Source: Bacteroidales bacterium (lineage in GTDB: Bacteria; Bacteroidota; Bacteroidia; Bacteroidales; M50B96). From it: DNA of 64,000 bases. A model generated the notes under the pieces. It was not told the DNA's origin and did no database searches. It was given only the letters and a program-made list of their open reading frames with translations. Position 1 is the first letter of the stretch; every line of letters begins with the position of its first letter. The DNA is taken from the NCBI GenBank assembly GCA_041584015.1, contig JBFHES010000001.1, positions 2,040-66,039 of the forward strand, given 5' to 3'. Shown here in pieces: positions 48,253 to 56,787 of the stretch. Position numbers and translations under genes: made by a program.

Positions 48253-48717
48253 TTACTTTTTGCGATATTCAGCAATGATTTCTACTACCTTATCAGGTGT
48301 TAAGTCTGTATAAGGCTGCTCATTAATCAACATTGAAGGCTCTTTGTCGCTCCATCCAATATCGTTGGTTTCGAGTAGTGTAAACTTTTTACATGGGGAT
48401 GTTTCACCCACCTTAATTTTGAGGAGATCTTCAAGGGTTCTTACAATTTCTCTTTTCCCTTTCATCTCAGCAATAATCGATTTGCATACGCGAATCACAT
48501 ATTCACCACGCTCTTCAGTGTCGAGGAATGAATAGAAGGAAGCGGTTCCGTATACTTCGGCTGCTGATAAGTCTAGCTCACGAGCGATTTCAACCATACA
48601 CTCTTTAGAAAGATAATTTCTCTCGTCGACAATGCCTTGAAGGATCGGCATTAGACTTTCTCTTTCTCGTCCGTACTTATCGGCTAGATTCTTTACTTTG
48701 TCTTGAACTTCTGCCAT
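48253..48717 (-). CDS. hydC: NuoE-like thioredoxin-fold subunit (HydC / HndA type) with degenerate [2Fe-2S] site
   Basis: It aligns along its length with NuoE (SLMPILQ, GTASFYSF, YVIRVC, KFTLLET, LTPDKVVEIIAEY). The cluster motif reads C-KSII-A ... D-IGW-S instead of C-x4-C ... C-x3-C. Confidence 0.85.
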   Translation of the reverse strand: MAEVQDKVKNLADKYGRERESLMPILQGIVDERNYLSKECMVEIARELDLSAAEVYGTASFYSFLDTEERGEYVIRVCKSIIAEMKGKREIVRTLEDLLKIKVGETSPCKKFTLLETNDIGWSDKEPSMLINEQPYTDLTPDKVVEIIAEYRKK

Positions 48718-48757
48718 TTTTTTAATCTTTTATAATTAATCAACTTTACAGTCATCG

Positions 48758-48779
48758 AAAAGTGGCATATACCACTTTT
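48758..48779 (-). terminator. Stem-loop between the 7TM-HD gene and hydC (terminator of the upstream gene or leader structure of the hyd operon)
   Basis: 8-bp stem aaaagtgg / ccactttt with loop catata, 41 nt upstream of the hydC ATG. It is flanked by A and T runs. Confidence 0.45.
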
Positions 48780-48916
48780 TCAATGGTAAAAATACGTTCA
48801 CCAAACTGTAAAAAGTATGACTTTGGTTAGACTAAAAAGTGATAAAAGTCAAGAATTATTTAGTATTTAGAACTAATACAAATAACTGACTAAAAAAGAC
48901 TTAAAAAGGTTTTATT

Positions 48917-51004
48917 CTATTTTGGATATTCTATTCTGGAATGATAAATATTGCGTAGTTTTTCTCTAAAAACTTCCTTCACCATGGTCAGCTCTTTAAA
49001 GGTAATATCGCTGTCTTCAAACTGTCCTTCTTTTTGCTGATACGAAATAATACCATCAACCAAATCGCCAATAATGCGCTCTGAATATTCTTTCAGACTG
49101 CGAGATGCTGCTTCAACTGAATCAGCCATCATTAACACAGCTGTTTCCTTTGAATGCGGAATTGGACCGTGATAGGTAAATCGACTTATGTCTGCTTCTT
49201 CCTCTGGAAAATGCTTTAAGAATGAACGGTAAAAATACTGAACCGTGGTGGTACCATGATGCGATTGAATAAACTCAATAATGGTTTCCGGCAGCTTATA
49301 CTTTTTAGCCAGCAGCACACCTTCCGAAACATGGCTAATAATCAACTCGGCACTTTCTTCAAAGTCGAGTTTATCATGGGGATTAAAATCGGGCGATTGA
49401 TTTTCAATAAAGAACGGAGCCATATTCATCTTACCAATATCATGATACAGTGCGCCTGTTCTTACCAACAGCGGATTTCCACCGATTTTATAAATTGCCT
49501 CTTCCGCCAGATTAGCCACCTGCATAGAGTGCTGAAAAGTACCTGGTGCTTTACTTGCCAGTTCGCGTAATAATGGTGAGTTGGTATCAGAAAGTTCAAG
49601 AAGTGTAAGATCAGATAAAAAGCCAAAAATCTTCTCGAATACGTATATCAACGGATAGGAAGTTAAGATTAACAAACCATTTGCTCCAAGCCACACAAAA
49701 TTCATCCAATTAATTTTACTTAAATCGCTCTCGTGAATTAATGACAGGGCAAAATAAATAAAGCTATAGGTAACAAAAACAATGGCCGCACTCCAGAACA
49801 GCTGCGAACGTTTGCGAGCACTGTGCATAGCAAAAATGGCGACAATACCCGCTATAAATTGCATGAACACAAACTCAAATCCATTTGGTGCAATAAAGCC
49901 AATTAATATAATGGTAACCACGTGAATAAAAATTGCCAACCGTGAATCGTAAAACGTTCTGATAATAATTGGCAAGAGCGCAAAAGGAATTACGAAAAGG
50001 TGGATTACTCCCGTGCGAGCCGTTAAACCAGCAAGCGATACGAACAATACGGTAAGCAGTAAGATAAATATAGTCTTCTTGCTACTTAACAAAATTTCAA
50101 TTCTGAAATGAAATAAGAAAAGGAATAATACCATCATTGCGGCAAGCACCAACAACACCTGCCCCGCGATTATCAGGTAACTATTCGTGCCCAAGCCAAG
50201 CATAGCCTCAGATTCTCTTTTCAAGGATTCAATCACCTTAAACTTATAATCATTAACAATCTCCCCTTTTGAGATTACTTTATCGCCAGCTCTAATTAGG
50301 CCATATGTAAGAGAGATATTGTCCAGTTCTTGTTGCTTCTTTAAGCGTGTAATTTCTTCGTCATAGATTAAATTTGCGACAACAAACTCGGCAATATTAA
50401 GCTCCTGAAGGAACTTTAAGGATAAATCATGGGCAATTCCATTCTCGTATAATATTCTACTAATTTCCTTTTCTAAGGCAGGCACCGATGTAGCTATGGA
50501 GAATACTTCTTGCGGAGAAAATTCCTCTGCTACGTTTTCCTGTATTACAACCAACGAAGCTCCCGCTGGAACTTCAGACAATATTCCTACATGATAAACA
50601 TCTTCTATAATGGTGAGCAGCTCAGAAACACATGCAACTTTTATTGCCTCAGCCAAGGTATCATTCGTCTGTGGTGCCATAACTGCAGACCATACCACAT
50701 CAACCTTTTGCGATAATAACCGCTCTTGCGCAGGCAATAGAGAAATATCAAAACGATAAAAAGGCTTTACTTTTTGTCGTATACTATCTGCTTCAACCTT
50801 TACCTCATTGTCGGTTTTATAGATTGGAAAATCAAAAGGTGCATTAAGCGTTTCATGCATCCAGGGCATTCCTTGCTTGTATTCATATTTGAATTTACCT
50901 TCCTGCGGGAAGAAATAAACAATTATGGCTACACTTACTATAAACAGTACAATCCTGTAAAAAAGATTGGAAATTTTAAGGAATGAATTAATAAAAGTCT
51001 TCAC
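48917..51004 (-). CDS. 7TM receptor with intracellular HD/HDIG phosphohydrolase domain (PgpH-like)
   Basis: N-terminal extracytoplasmic domain, seven hydrophobic helices in the middle, and a C-terminal HD domain with HSMQVANLAE and GALYHDIGK. The apparent start is a GTG at 51004. Confidence 0.85.
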   Translation of the reverse strand: MKTFINSFLKISNLFYRIVLFIVSVAIIVYFFPQEGKFKYEYKQGMPWMHETLNAPFDFPIYKTDNEVKVEADSIRQKVKPFYRFDISLLPAQERLLSQKVDVVWSAVMAPQTNDTLAEAIKVACVSELLTIIEDVYHVGILSEVPAGASLVVIQENVAEEFSPQEVFSIATSVPALEKEISRILYENGIAHDLSLKFLQELNIAEFVVANLIYDEEITRLKKQQELDNISLTYGLIRAGDKVISKGEIVNDYKFKVIESLKRESEAMLGLGTNSYLIIAGQVLLVLAAMMVLFLFLFHFRIEILLSSKKTIFILLLTVLFVSLAGLTARTGVIHLFVIPFALLPIIIRTFYDSRLAIFIHVVTIILIGFIAPNGFEFVFMQFIAGIVAIFAMHSARKRSQLFWSAAIVFVTYSFIYFALSLIHESDLSKINWMNFVWLGANGLLILTSYPLIYVFEKIFGFLSDLTLLELSDTNSPLLRELASKAPGTFQHSMQVANLAEEAIYKIGGNPLLVRTGALYHDIGKMNMAPFFIENQSPDFNPHDKLDFEESAELIISHVSEGVLLAKKYKLPETIIEFIQSHHGTTTVQYFYRSFLKHFPEEEADISRFTYHGPIPHSKETAVLMMADSVEAASRSLKEYSERIIGDLVDGIISYQQKEGQFEDSDITFKELTMVKEVFREKLRNIYHSRIEYPK

Positions 51005-51081
51005 TTTCTGGTTTTTATTTACTGATAAGGTTAAACAAAGATAATATAATTCTCGACCGCCATTAAAGCTCTGCCATTATG

Positions 51082-51864
51082 CTATGCATCCCGGGCCTCC
51101 AATTTCTTTATTAATACGGCCATCTGATCATTCAGCTCATCCACCTTTGCCTCCAACTCGTCGTTGTTATCACTAACCATGGCATCAACAAATATTGAGT
51201 TAACCAACGACAAACCGAAGATACCACCTGATATAAGAATAAATATAAAATATAGTTTAGTAAGGAAACCTAGTTCAAATGACAGCCTTGTGGCAATCCT
51301 CTCCGGTATTTCGTACCATCCCTCCATTGTAAACACTTTAAATGTTGAATAAAACGAGGTCAACGGATCGGAAAAAGTATGAGGTGATACTTCTTTGAAC
51401 AAGTAATACGACAAAACCGACACGATAAATAAATACACGAAAAAACCAGCCAAAACAACAAAGGAGGTTTTAAGTGCGCGTTGAATACCTTCGAGTAAGT
51501 CGTTTATTCCGGGAACAAATTTTATGAACCTAAATGATTTAAATATTCTTAAAACCCTTAACACCAATAGGAATTCGAGATGCAAACCATCTATTTGAAA
51601 CATATAGACAATTAAAGATGGTACTGACAAAAGAATGAGAGTAAAATCCAGTCGATCCCAATTTGAGCTGATGTAAACTTTCCATCCCCAGCTTTTAATC
51701 TTTACTATCATTTCTAATAAGAAAAGGCCGGTAATAAAATGATCGACAAACCTTACTGTTTGCTTAAGTGGCTCGGAGCCAAGATTGAATCCATCAATAA
51801 AAATGAGTAAAGCATTAATAAAAATCAATGCCAGTATAAATCGGTTATTAAGGAAGATGCGCAT
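51082..51864 (-). CDS. Voltage-gated ion channel, single-domain BacNaV-like (6TM plus C-terminal coiled coil)
   Basis: The S4 helix has a positive charge at every third position (LRVLRIFKSFRFIKF). The pore loop is FKVFTMEGWYEI (compare NaChBac TLESW). The C-terminal coiled coil is ELEAKVDELNDQMAVLIKKLEA. Confidence 0.8.
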   Translation of the reverse strand: MRIFLNNRFILALIFINALLIFIDGFNLGSEPLKQTVRFVDHFITGLFLLEMIVKIKSWGWKVYISSNWDRLDFTLILLSVPSLIVYMFQIDGLHLEFLLVLRVLRIFKSFRFIKFVPGINDLLEGIQRALKTSFVVLAGFFVYLFIVSVLSYYLFKEVSPHTFSDPLTSFYSTFKVFTMEGWYEIPERIATRLSFELGFLTKLYFIFILISGGIFGLSLVNSIFVDAMVSDNNDELEAKVDELNDQMAVLIKKLEARDA

Positions 51865-51993
51865 AGTTCAATTTTTATAGAGAATAAAGATAAAGCTGAT
51901 TATTTTACCAATCTATGATAAATTTCAAATCCTGCATTTATTAATTACAGGAATCGTTGTTGCTGAAATATTGAAGTTGCAAAATTAGCTAAT

Positions 51994-52023
51994 AAAAAAA
52001 GCGATACTAAATGTATCGCTTTT
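51994..52023 (-). terminator. Rho-independent terminator after the aldolase-fold gene
   Basis: 10-bp stem aaagcgatac / gtatcgcttt with loop taaat. An A-run precedes it on the plus strand. Confidence 0.7.
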
Positions 52024-52094
52024 CCTCAAGGCCATAGCCTCTTATAATCATATTCCCAAACAATTATTTATATTCTTTTGGCAACAAACTTAAA

Positions 52095-53294
52095 CTAACC
52101 AGCCAGCTCTTTTTCCGCCTGCTTTGTTAAACTTTGGATTTTACCAATTACCTTCTCAACGTTTTTAGCAGTAATAACCAAAGCATCATTATCGATTAAC
52201 AATCCTAGTTTTTTTGTCTTTACCTCACCGGCCAGCGTTTCAGCATCAAAAATAGTTGCAAAATCAAGCTCCTGAACAGAAGCCAGCAAACCCTCTTCTT
52301 TCACGTCTTTCACGTTTGAAATATTAAAAGCGCCAATACTATCGGGGTATACAAAGGCAATGGCATTAATTTTAGGATTACTGTCATAAATTGCTTTATG
52401 CACCCAGATTCTTCTATCTGGAATCTTATTTGCTTCTACCTTCTCTTTTTTCACATAAACCAAATTATCTACATTGGCATAACCTCTATCCAGATCATTT
52501 GAATTAATAAAAAAGCTGTCTTTTTCTGCTCTTACAGAAAAGCTACCAGATGAAGCTGTCACCCATTCATTCCTGTAAGCTGTTTCTATTAATTCTATTA
52601 AATCTTTGTGATAAGCCGAGAAATCAGTAAAGCTTTTTCTTCCCCTCAAGCTAACCACTCCTTCGGGTTGATAATTCTGAACCATATCAACGGCATCAAC
52701 ATTAGGCCGTTTACTGCTTCCTATCGGCTTAGATTTGATATATGTACATGCAATTTTTTCAATATTCTCAACTTTAAAGAACACGTTGTGTAAACTTGGG
52801 CCACTAACCAACAGGCCAGTTCCTTTAAAAACAATTGTTGCTCGATATCCTTCAAAATGATTTGTAATTGACTGAATCCACTCTTCATCCTGCGGCTGTC
52901 CAAGTTCCTCAACAGCAATCGTACCTATCTTCTTGGAGATATTTGGTAAAGAGGTAAGAATTCCATAATTAAACTCATCCCCAATAATTGCAAACGAAGG
53001 CGAAAAAATATGACATATTGCTCTGACCTTTATATTGGTGCGATAAATTTCCCTGTGCAGTTCCAGATATTTTGAGGGTGCGTTCTTCCCTTCAACTTCA
53101 CCTTCCTGATCCACCATAACAATATCCTCAATGCTGGCTTCTGTATCGTCAAACTTATCCGGGGTAATCCAAATATTACCTTCATCGTCTAGCATTGAGA
53201 TACATCCATCATCCTGCAATCGAATATTCTTCACCTTAAGTCTCTCAATAACCTCAATTATCTGTTCCGACTCAATAAGCGCATTAAATTTCAT
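52095..53294 (-). CDS. Tandem class II aldolase/adducin-fold protein (two diverged copies of the fold), probably non-canonical
   Basis: Both halves match the fold signature: half 1 DDGCISMLDDEGNIWITPDKF...APSKYLELHREIY...AICHIFSP, half 2 SGSFSVRAEKDSFFINSND...IPDRRIWVHKAIY...AIAFVYPD. Confidence 0.55.
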   Translation of the reverse strand: MKFNALIESEQIIEVIERLKVKNIRLQDDGCISMLDDEGNIWITPDKFDDTEASIEDIVMVDQEGEVEGKNAPSKYLELHREIYRTNIKVRAICHIFSPSFAIIGDEFNYGILTSLPNISKKIGTIAVEELGQPQDEEWIQSITNHFEGYRATIVFKGTGLLVSGPSLHNVFFKVENIEKIACTYIKSKPIGSSKRPNVDAVDMVQNYQPEGVVSLRGRKSFTDFSAYHKDLIELIETAYRNEWVTASSGSFSVRAEKDSFFINSNDLDRGYANVDNLVYVKKEKVEANKIPDRRIWVHKAIYDSNPKINAIAFVYPDSIGAFNISNVKDVKEEGLLASVQELDFATIFDAETLAGEVKTKKLGLLIDNDALVITAKNVEKVIGKIQSLTKQAEKELAG

Positions 53295-53834
53295 GTTTAC
53301 ACGTTTTTACGGTATACATCATCTTAGCCATCTGATTACTAAAATCAAACTTCTAATAAAAACTGCATACCAGTTTTTTATTTCCGTACAACAAAATCAT
53401 ATCAATTATTATTGAAAGCATTGCTGTTTATAAATATATTTAGGGGAAATAACCCCTCCCATCCAGAAAACAAAATTAAACTATTTTTTCCACTTATTAG
53501 ATTTAACAGTTATTTTTTAAGTTAAAAAATGCCTGCTTAACTAATTTAAGAAAGAAAGCTCTCTCACCTGCCGGATTCTAATCCACACGAAACAACTGAC
53601 TAACAACAAAAAAGAACACCGCAAGAACATTAAACAATATGATATTTATAAAATGTTTGGCTTTCGAGATGTTAATAATAAACCGCAGATAACTTTCAAA
53701 ACATTTTAAATGCTGGTTTTTATTAATCGAAGTTAATTTTATTGGCTCTAATTGAAGAACGCAGAAATACACCGATTGTTTGAGATTCTGCAAAAAAGTT
53801 TGATTTAATTAAATTCCACCTCATCTTTGCATGC

Positions 53835-54335
53835 ATGTTTAATACAGTACTACATCAGCTAGCCGATCCGGGAAATGTAGGCATGATTTTAAGAGCTCAT
53901 GCTGCATTCGGAGGAAACCGACTCATTCTTACGGGTAACGAGAAGCCATTTACTTTGAATAAGAAATTCAGAAATACTTCACGCTCGATGTACAAGCACA
54001 TACCAATAGATGAATTTGCAACATTTGCTGATTTCAAAGAGCAGTATGCTAGCCAGAACGCTCACATCATCGGCATTGAAATAACCGAGGAAGCTATTAA
54101 TCTACCCGAATTCTCATTTCCTGAAAACAGTTTCTTAGTATTGGGAAGCGAACGCTTTGGATTACCCGATGAAGTTATTGAGCAATGTGACAGCATCGTA
54201 AAAATACCACATTATGGTCAGGTTGGTAGCATGAACGTTGCCATGGCTGCTTCGATAGCCATGTATGAATGCACCAGAGGCAAGCAAGGTATTAAACCTG
54301 TTTATAATCGCATGTATAATTTTAAAAGCAAGTAA
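53835..54335 (+). CDS. SpoU/TrmH-family RNA 2'-O-methyltransferase
   Basis: DPGNVGMILRAHAAFGG, LVLGSERFGLP and IPHYGQVGSMNVAMAASIAMYE (SPOUT knot motifs). Confidence 0.8.
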   Translation: MFNTVLHQLADPGNVGMILRAHAAFGGNRLILTGNEKPFTLNKKFRNTSRSMYKHIPIDEFATFADFKEQYASQNAHIIGIEITEEAINLPEFSFPENSFLVLGSERFGLPDEVIEQCDSIVKIPHYGQVGSMNVAMAASIAMYECTRGKQGIKPVYNRMYNFKSK

Positions 54336-54338
54336 GAC

Positions 54339-55034
54339 CTACTCTTCAATTGTTATTTCATCCTTTAAAAAAGTATAGCGGGCGTTAACCGCAGATCCCC
54401 TTTTAAATGCCGGATCGAATGAGCCAACACGATACCTGATTAACTCAACATAGGCATCCCACCCCTTCATGGTTACCGGAAAATTATTTTTATCAATCAC
54501 ATATGTTCCTTCATCAAGAATGGTACGCTGTAAACGTGTTGACCAATTTTCATGTGGAGTTGATCTTACATGCACTACAACCTCAATAGAGTCGAACTCT
54601 ACAGCCGGTTCCCATGTGATAGCTGTATTAGAGTTAAGATGCAACACATCCGGAATATTTGCATAATCAAAAGCTATAGGGGTAACAATTTCAGAAGTAT
54701 AAATTTCATCATTATTCAAGGTTACAGCCACCTGATAGCTTGTATCGGAATGCAGTGTAAACTGATTCTGCATTACATAAAATCGATTGTATTCATTCCA
54801 ACTTAGCGACACATCATTAATTTTCACATTACCGTCCTGCAGCACGCCAAACTCCCAATCATCATTTACAAAAGACACCTTCATAAGCTGTTCTGTTTGA
54901 ACACCAAAATATTTGTCAACGTCTACCCAAATTGAGAACTCTCCAGGAGATTCAACTACCGCTTTCTCATCATCAATGCAAGCAGAAAAGACGAGTAATA
55001 CACCTAATACAAATAGTAAATATTGCTTATTCAT
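54339..55034 (-). CDS. Hypothetical lipoprotein
   Basis: Signal peptide with lipobox (LVFSAC) and a beta-rich body. I recognise no motif. Confidence 0.55.
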   Translation of the reverse strand: MNKQYLLFVLGVLLVFSACIDDEKAVVESPGEFSIWVDVDKYFGVQTEQLMKVSFVNDDWEFGVLQDGNVKINDVSLSWNEYNRFYVMQNQFTLHSDTSYQVAVTLNNDEIYTSEIVTPIAFDYANIPDVLHLNSNTAITWEPAVEFDSIEVVVHVRSTPHENWSTRLQRTILDEGTYVIDKNNFPVTMKGWDAYVELIRYRVGSFDPAFKRGSAVNARYTFLKDEITIEE

Positions 55035-55082
55035 TTTTGTAACAGATTAAGATTATTACAAAGCTAACAATTAGCCACAAAG

Positions 55083-55111
55083 AAAAAACCTACTCGATGG
55101 AGTAGGTTTTT
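55083..55111 (-). terminator. Rho-independent terminator of paralog 1
   Basis: 7-bp stem cctactc / gagtagg with loop gatg, flanked by A6 and T5 runs. Confidence 0.7.
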
Positions 55112-55146
55112 ATTATTTATCATTTAAAAGAATCAGGCTTCTTGAT

Positions 55147-56604
55147 CTATTTTAAAACCTTTTTTACGAATACTGTATTGTTGCCATTTTTAATTTGTAA
55201 GATATACATCCCTTTATGCAAATCACTTACATCAAAACTTATTAATGAATTCCCTTTTGGGCTTTCAATTAGATGGTCGACAAGCAAAACACCAAGTGTG
55301 TTATAGACCTGCACTCGATTTGTGCCTGAATAATTTTCAGGTAACTGAATATTTAACAGATCACCCATTGGGTTTGGGTAGGCATAGAATATTTTTTGAT
55401 CTCCCATTTCATCAGCAAGCTGAAGCAGCGCTGAAGTTACTTCAACAACCGCATACAGGTTTGTAGTTTCGGTTGTATACACCGATTTAGTTGCACAGTT
55501 TATCGCTAAACCCACATAGAATGTTCCGGGACTTGTTACCGTCGGATATGGAACTGCGGTTACAAAAACGTCATTGCTAATGCTAATAACCGTCCACTCA
55601 ATCATTAATTCTGATCCTGAGTAATACATATTTGAAACAAAAGCCGTATCGATGGTTGGATTCACTAAGCAGGTATCGATTAATGTAAATGCCGAGTCGG
55701 TAGGCATAGCTGAGCTTACTGTAATGATTGCCTCTCCCATTGTAACACATCCATTAACATCAGTAACAGTTACACCATACGTTGCCGGACATAATCCTGT
55801 TGCCAATGCCGTAGTTTGTGCATTTGGGTCGTCCCATTGATAGCTGTAAGGAGCGATACCACCTGTACCAAATGCTTCTACAGTGGCTTCGCACATAAAT
55901 GCTCCGGCTTCAGTAGCTAATACATTAACTGCTAAAGTATCCGGCTCAAAAACTGTAATTGTTAATGTATCAATCGCATTTAAGGCGTCTGTAACAGTTA
56001 GGTCGTACTCACCGGCTGCTAAGCCTGAGAGATCTTCCGTTGTTGCTGCATTCGACCACAAATAAGTATAAGGCGCCTGTCCATAAAGAACTGTCAAATC
56101 AATTGCACCATCGCTTAACCCTGCACAACTAACGGAATCAACAGTGAACACACAATTTGAATTTGCCTCCAGAGTGCTAACAACACCTAATTGGTTAGTC
56201 ATGTAGGTACTAATGCCCGGAGCAAAAGTCGCAATAGCCGGAATTACCTGTAAGGATGACGCATCCCAAATAAAAAAATTAAACGCTTCTCCATCATCAA
56301 AGCCATCCTTGGGGAGAGTTGATGAATCATCACCCCAAACGGAAAGTGCTGTGGTTGTGCCAAGAAACTCGACGTAACCACCACATTGCAACTCATTATT
56401 ATCATCATAATAAAAAGCTCCAATGTAATCACCACTCTCAATTGGGACACCATTTATTAGATAATCTGATGGATTGCCAATTAAGAGAGTGGTATTCCAA
56501 CCGGTAATTACATACGACCAGTTTGGTTGCGCCAAAACTCCATTTAAGCCAGACAATACCATCAATAATACCGATATCATAATAACAATGTAAGATTTTT
56601 TCAT
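55147..56604 (-). CDS. T9SS cargo protein, paralog 1 of a tandem triplet (unknown N-domain, two SprB-type repeats, type A C-terminal domain)
   Basis: Signal peptide ...GVLAQ and an N-domain with GDYIGAFYYDDNNELQCGGY and IWDAS. Repeats VSCAGLSDGAIDLTVLYGQAPYTYLWS and FMCEATVEAFGTGGIAPYSYQWDD. The C-terminal domain is YAYPNPMGDLLNIQLP...GMYILQIKN...VKKVLK. Confidence 0.85.
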   Translation of the reverse strand: MKKSYIVIMISVLLMVLSGLNGVLAQPNWSYVITGWNTTLLIGNPSDYLINGVPIESGDYIGAFYYDDNNELQCGGYVEFLGTTTALSVWGDDSSTLPKDGFDDGEAFNFFIWDASSLQVIPAIATFAPGISTYMTNQLGVVSTLEANSNCVFTVDSVSCAGLSDGAIDLTVLYGQAPYTYLWSNAATTEDLSGLAAGEYDLTVTDALNAIDTLTITVFEPDTLAVNVLATEAGAFMCEATVEAFGTGGIAPYSYQWDDPNAQTTALATGLCPATYGVTVTDVNGCVTMGEAIITVSSAMPTDSAFTLIDTCLVNPTIDTAFVSNMYYSGSELMIEWTVISISNDVFVTAVPYPTVTSPGTFYVGLAINCATKSVYTTETTNLYAVVEVTSALLQLADEMGDQKIFYAYPNPMGDLLNIQLPENYSGTNRVQVYNTLGVLLVDHLIESPKGNSLISFDVSDLHKGMYILQIKNGNNTVFVKKVLK

Positions 56605-56714
56605 ACCCTTAATATTTACGTTATACTTTAGTTAAGATACTTTAAAAGAAGAAACAGACACGACCACTTTGTCAGATATTAAAAATAACAAAACGGCTAT
56701 CCAAAGGTAATGAA

Positions 56715-56754
56715 TAAAAAAAATAGAAACCTACTCAAAAGAGTAAATTTCTAT
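56715..56754 (-). terminator. Rho-independent terminator of paralog 2
   Basis: Two-tier hairpin atagaaa..tactc-aaaa-gagta..tttctat. An A8 run on the plus strand gives the T-run on the minus strand. Confidence 0.6.
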
Positions 56755-56787
56755 TTTCGAACCATTGAATCTAGTTATAAAATTCGG

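Noticed and set aside
53578-53793. 71-aa minus-strand ORF in the 540-bp divergent intergenic region
   Set aside because: The translation is AT-rich and Phe/Ile/Asn/Lys-biased, with no start context or terminator. I treat it as chance.
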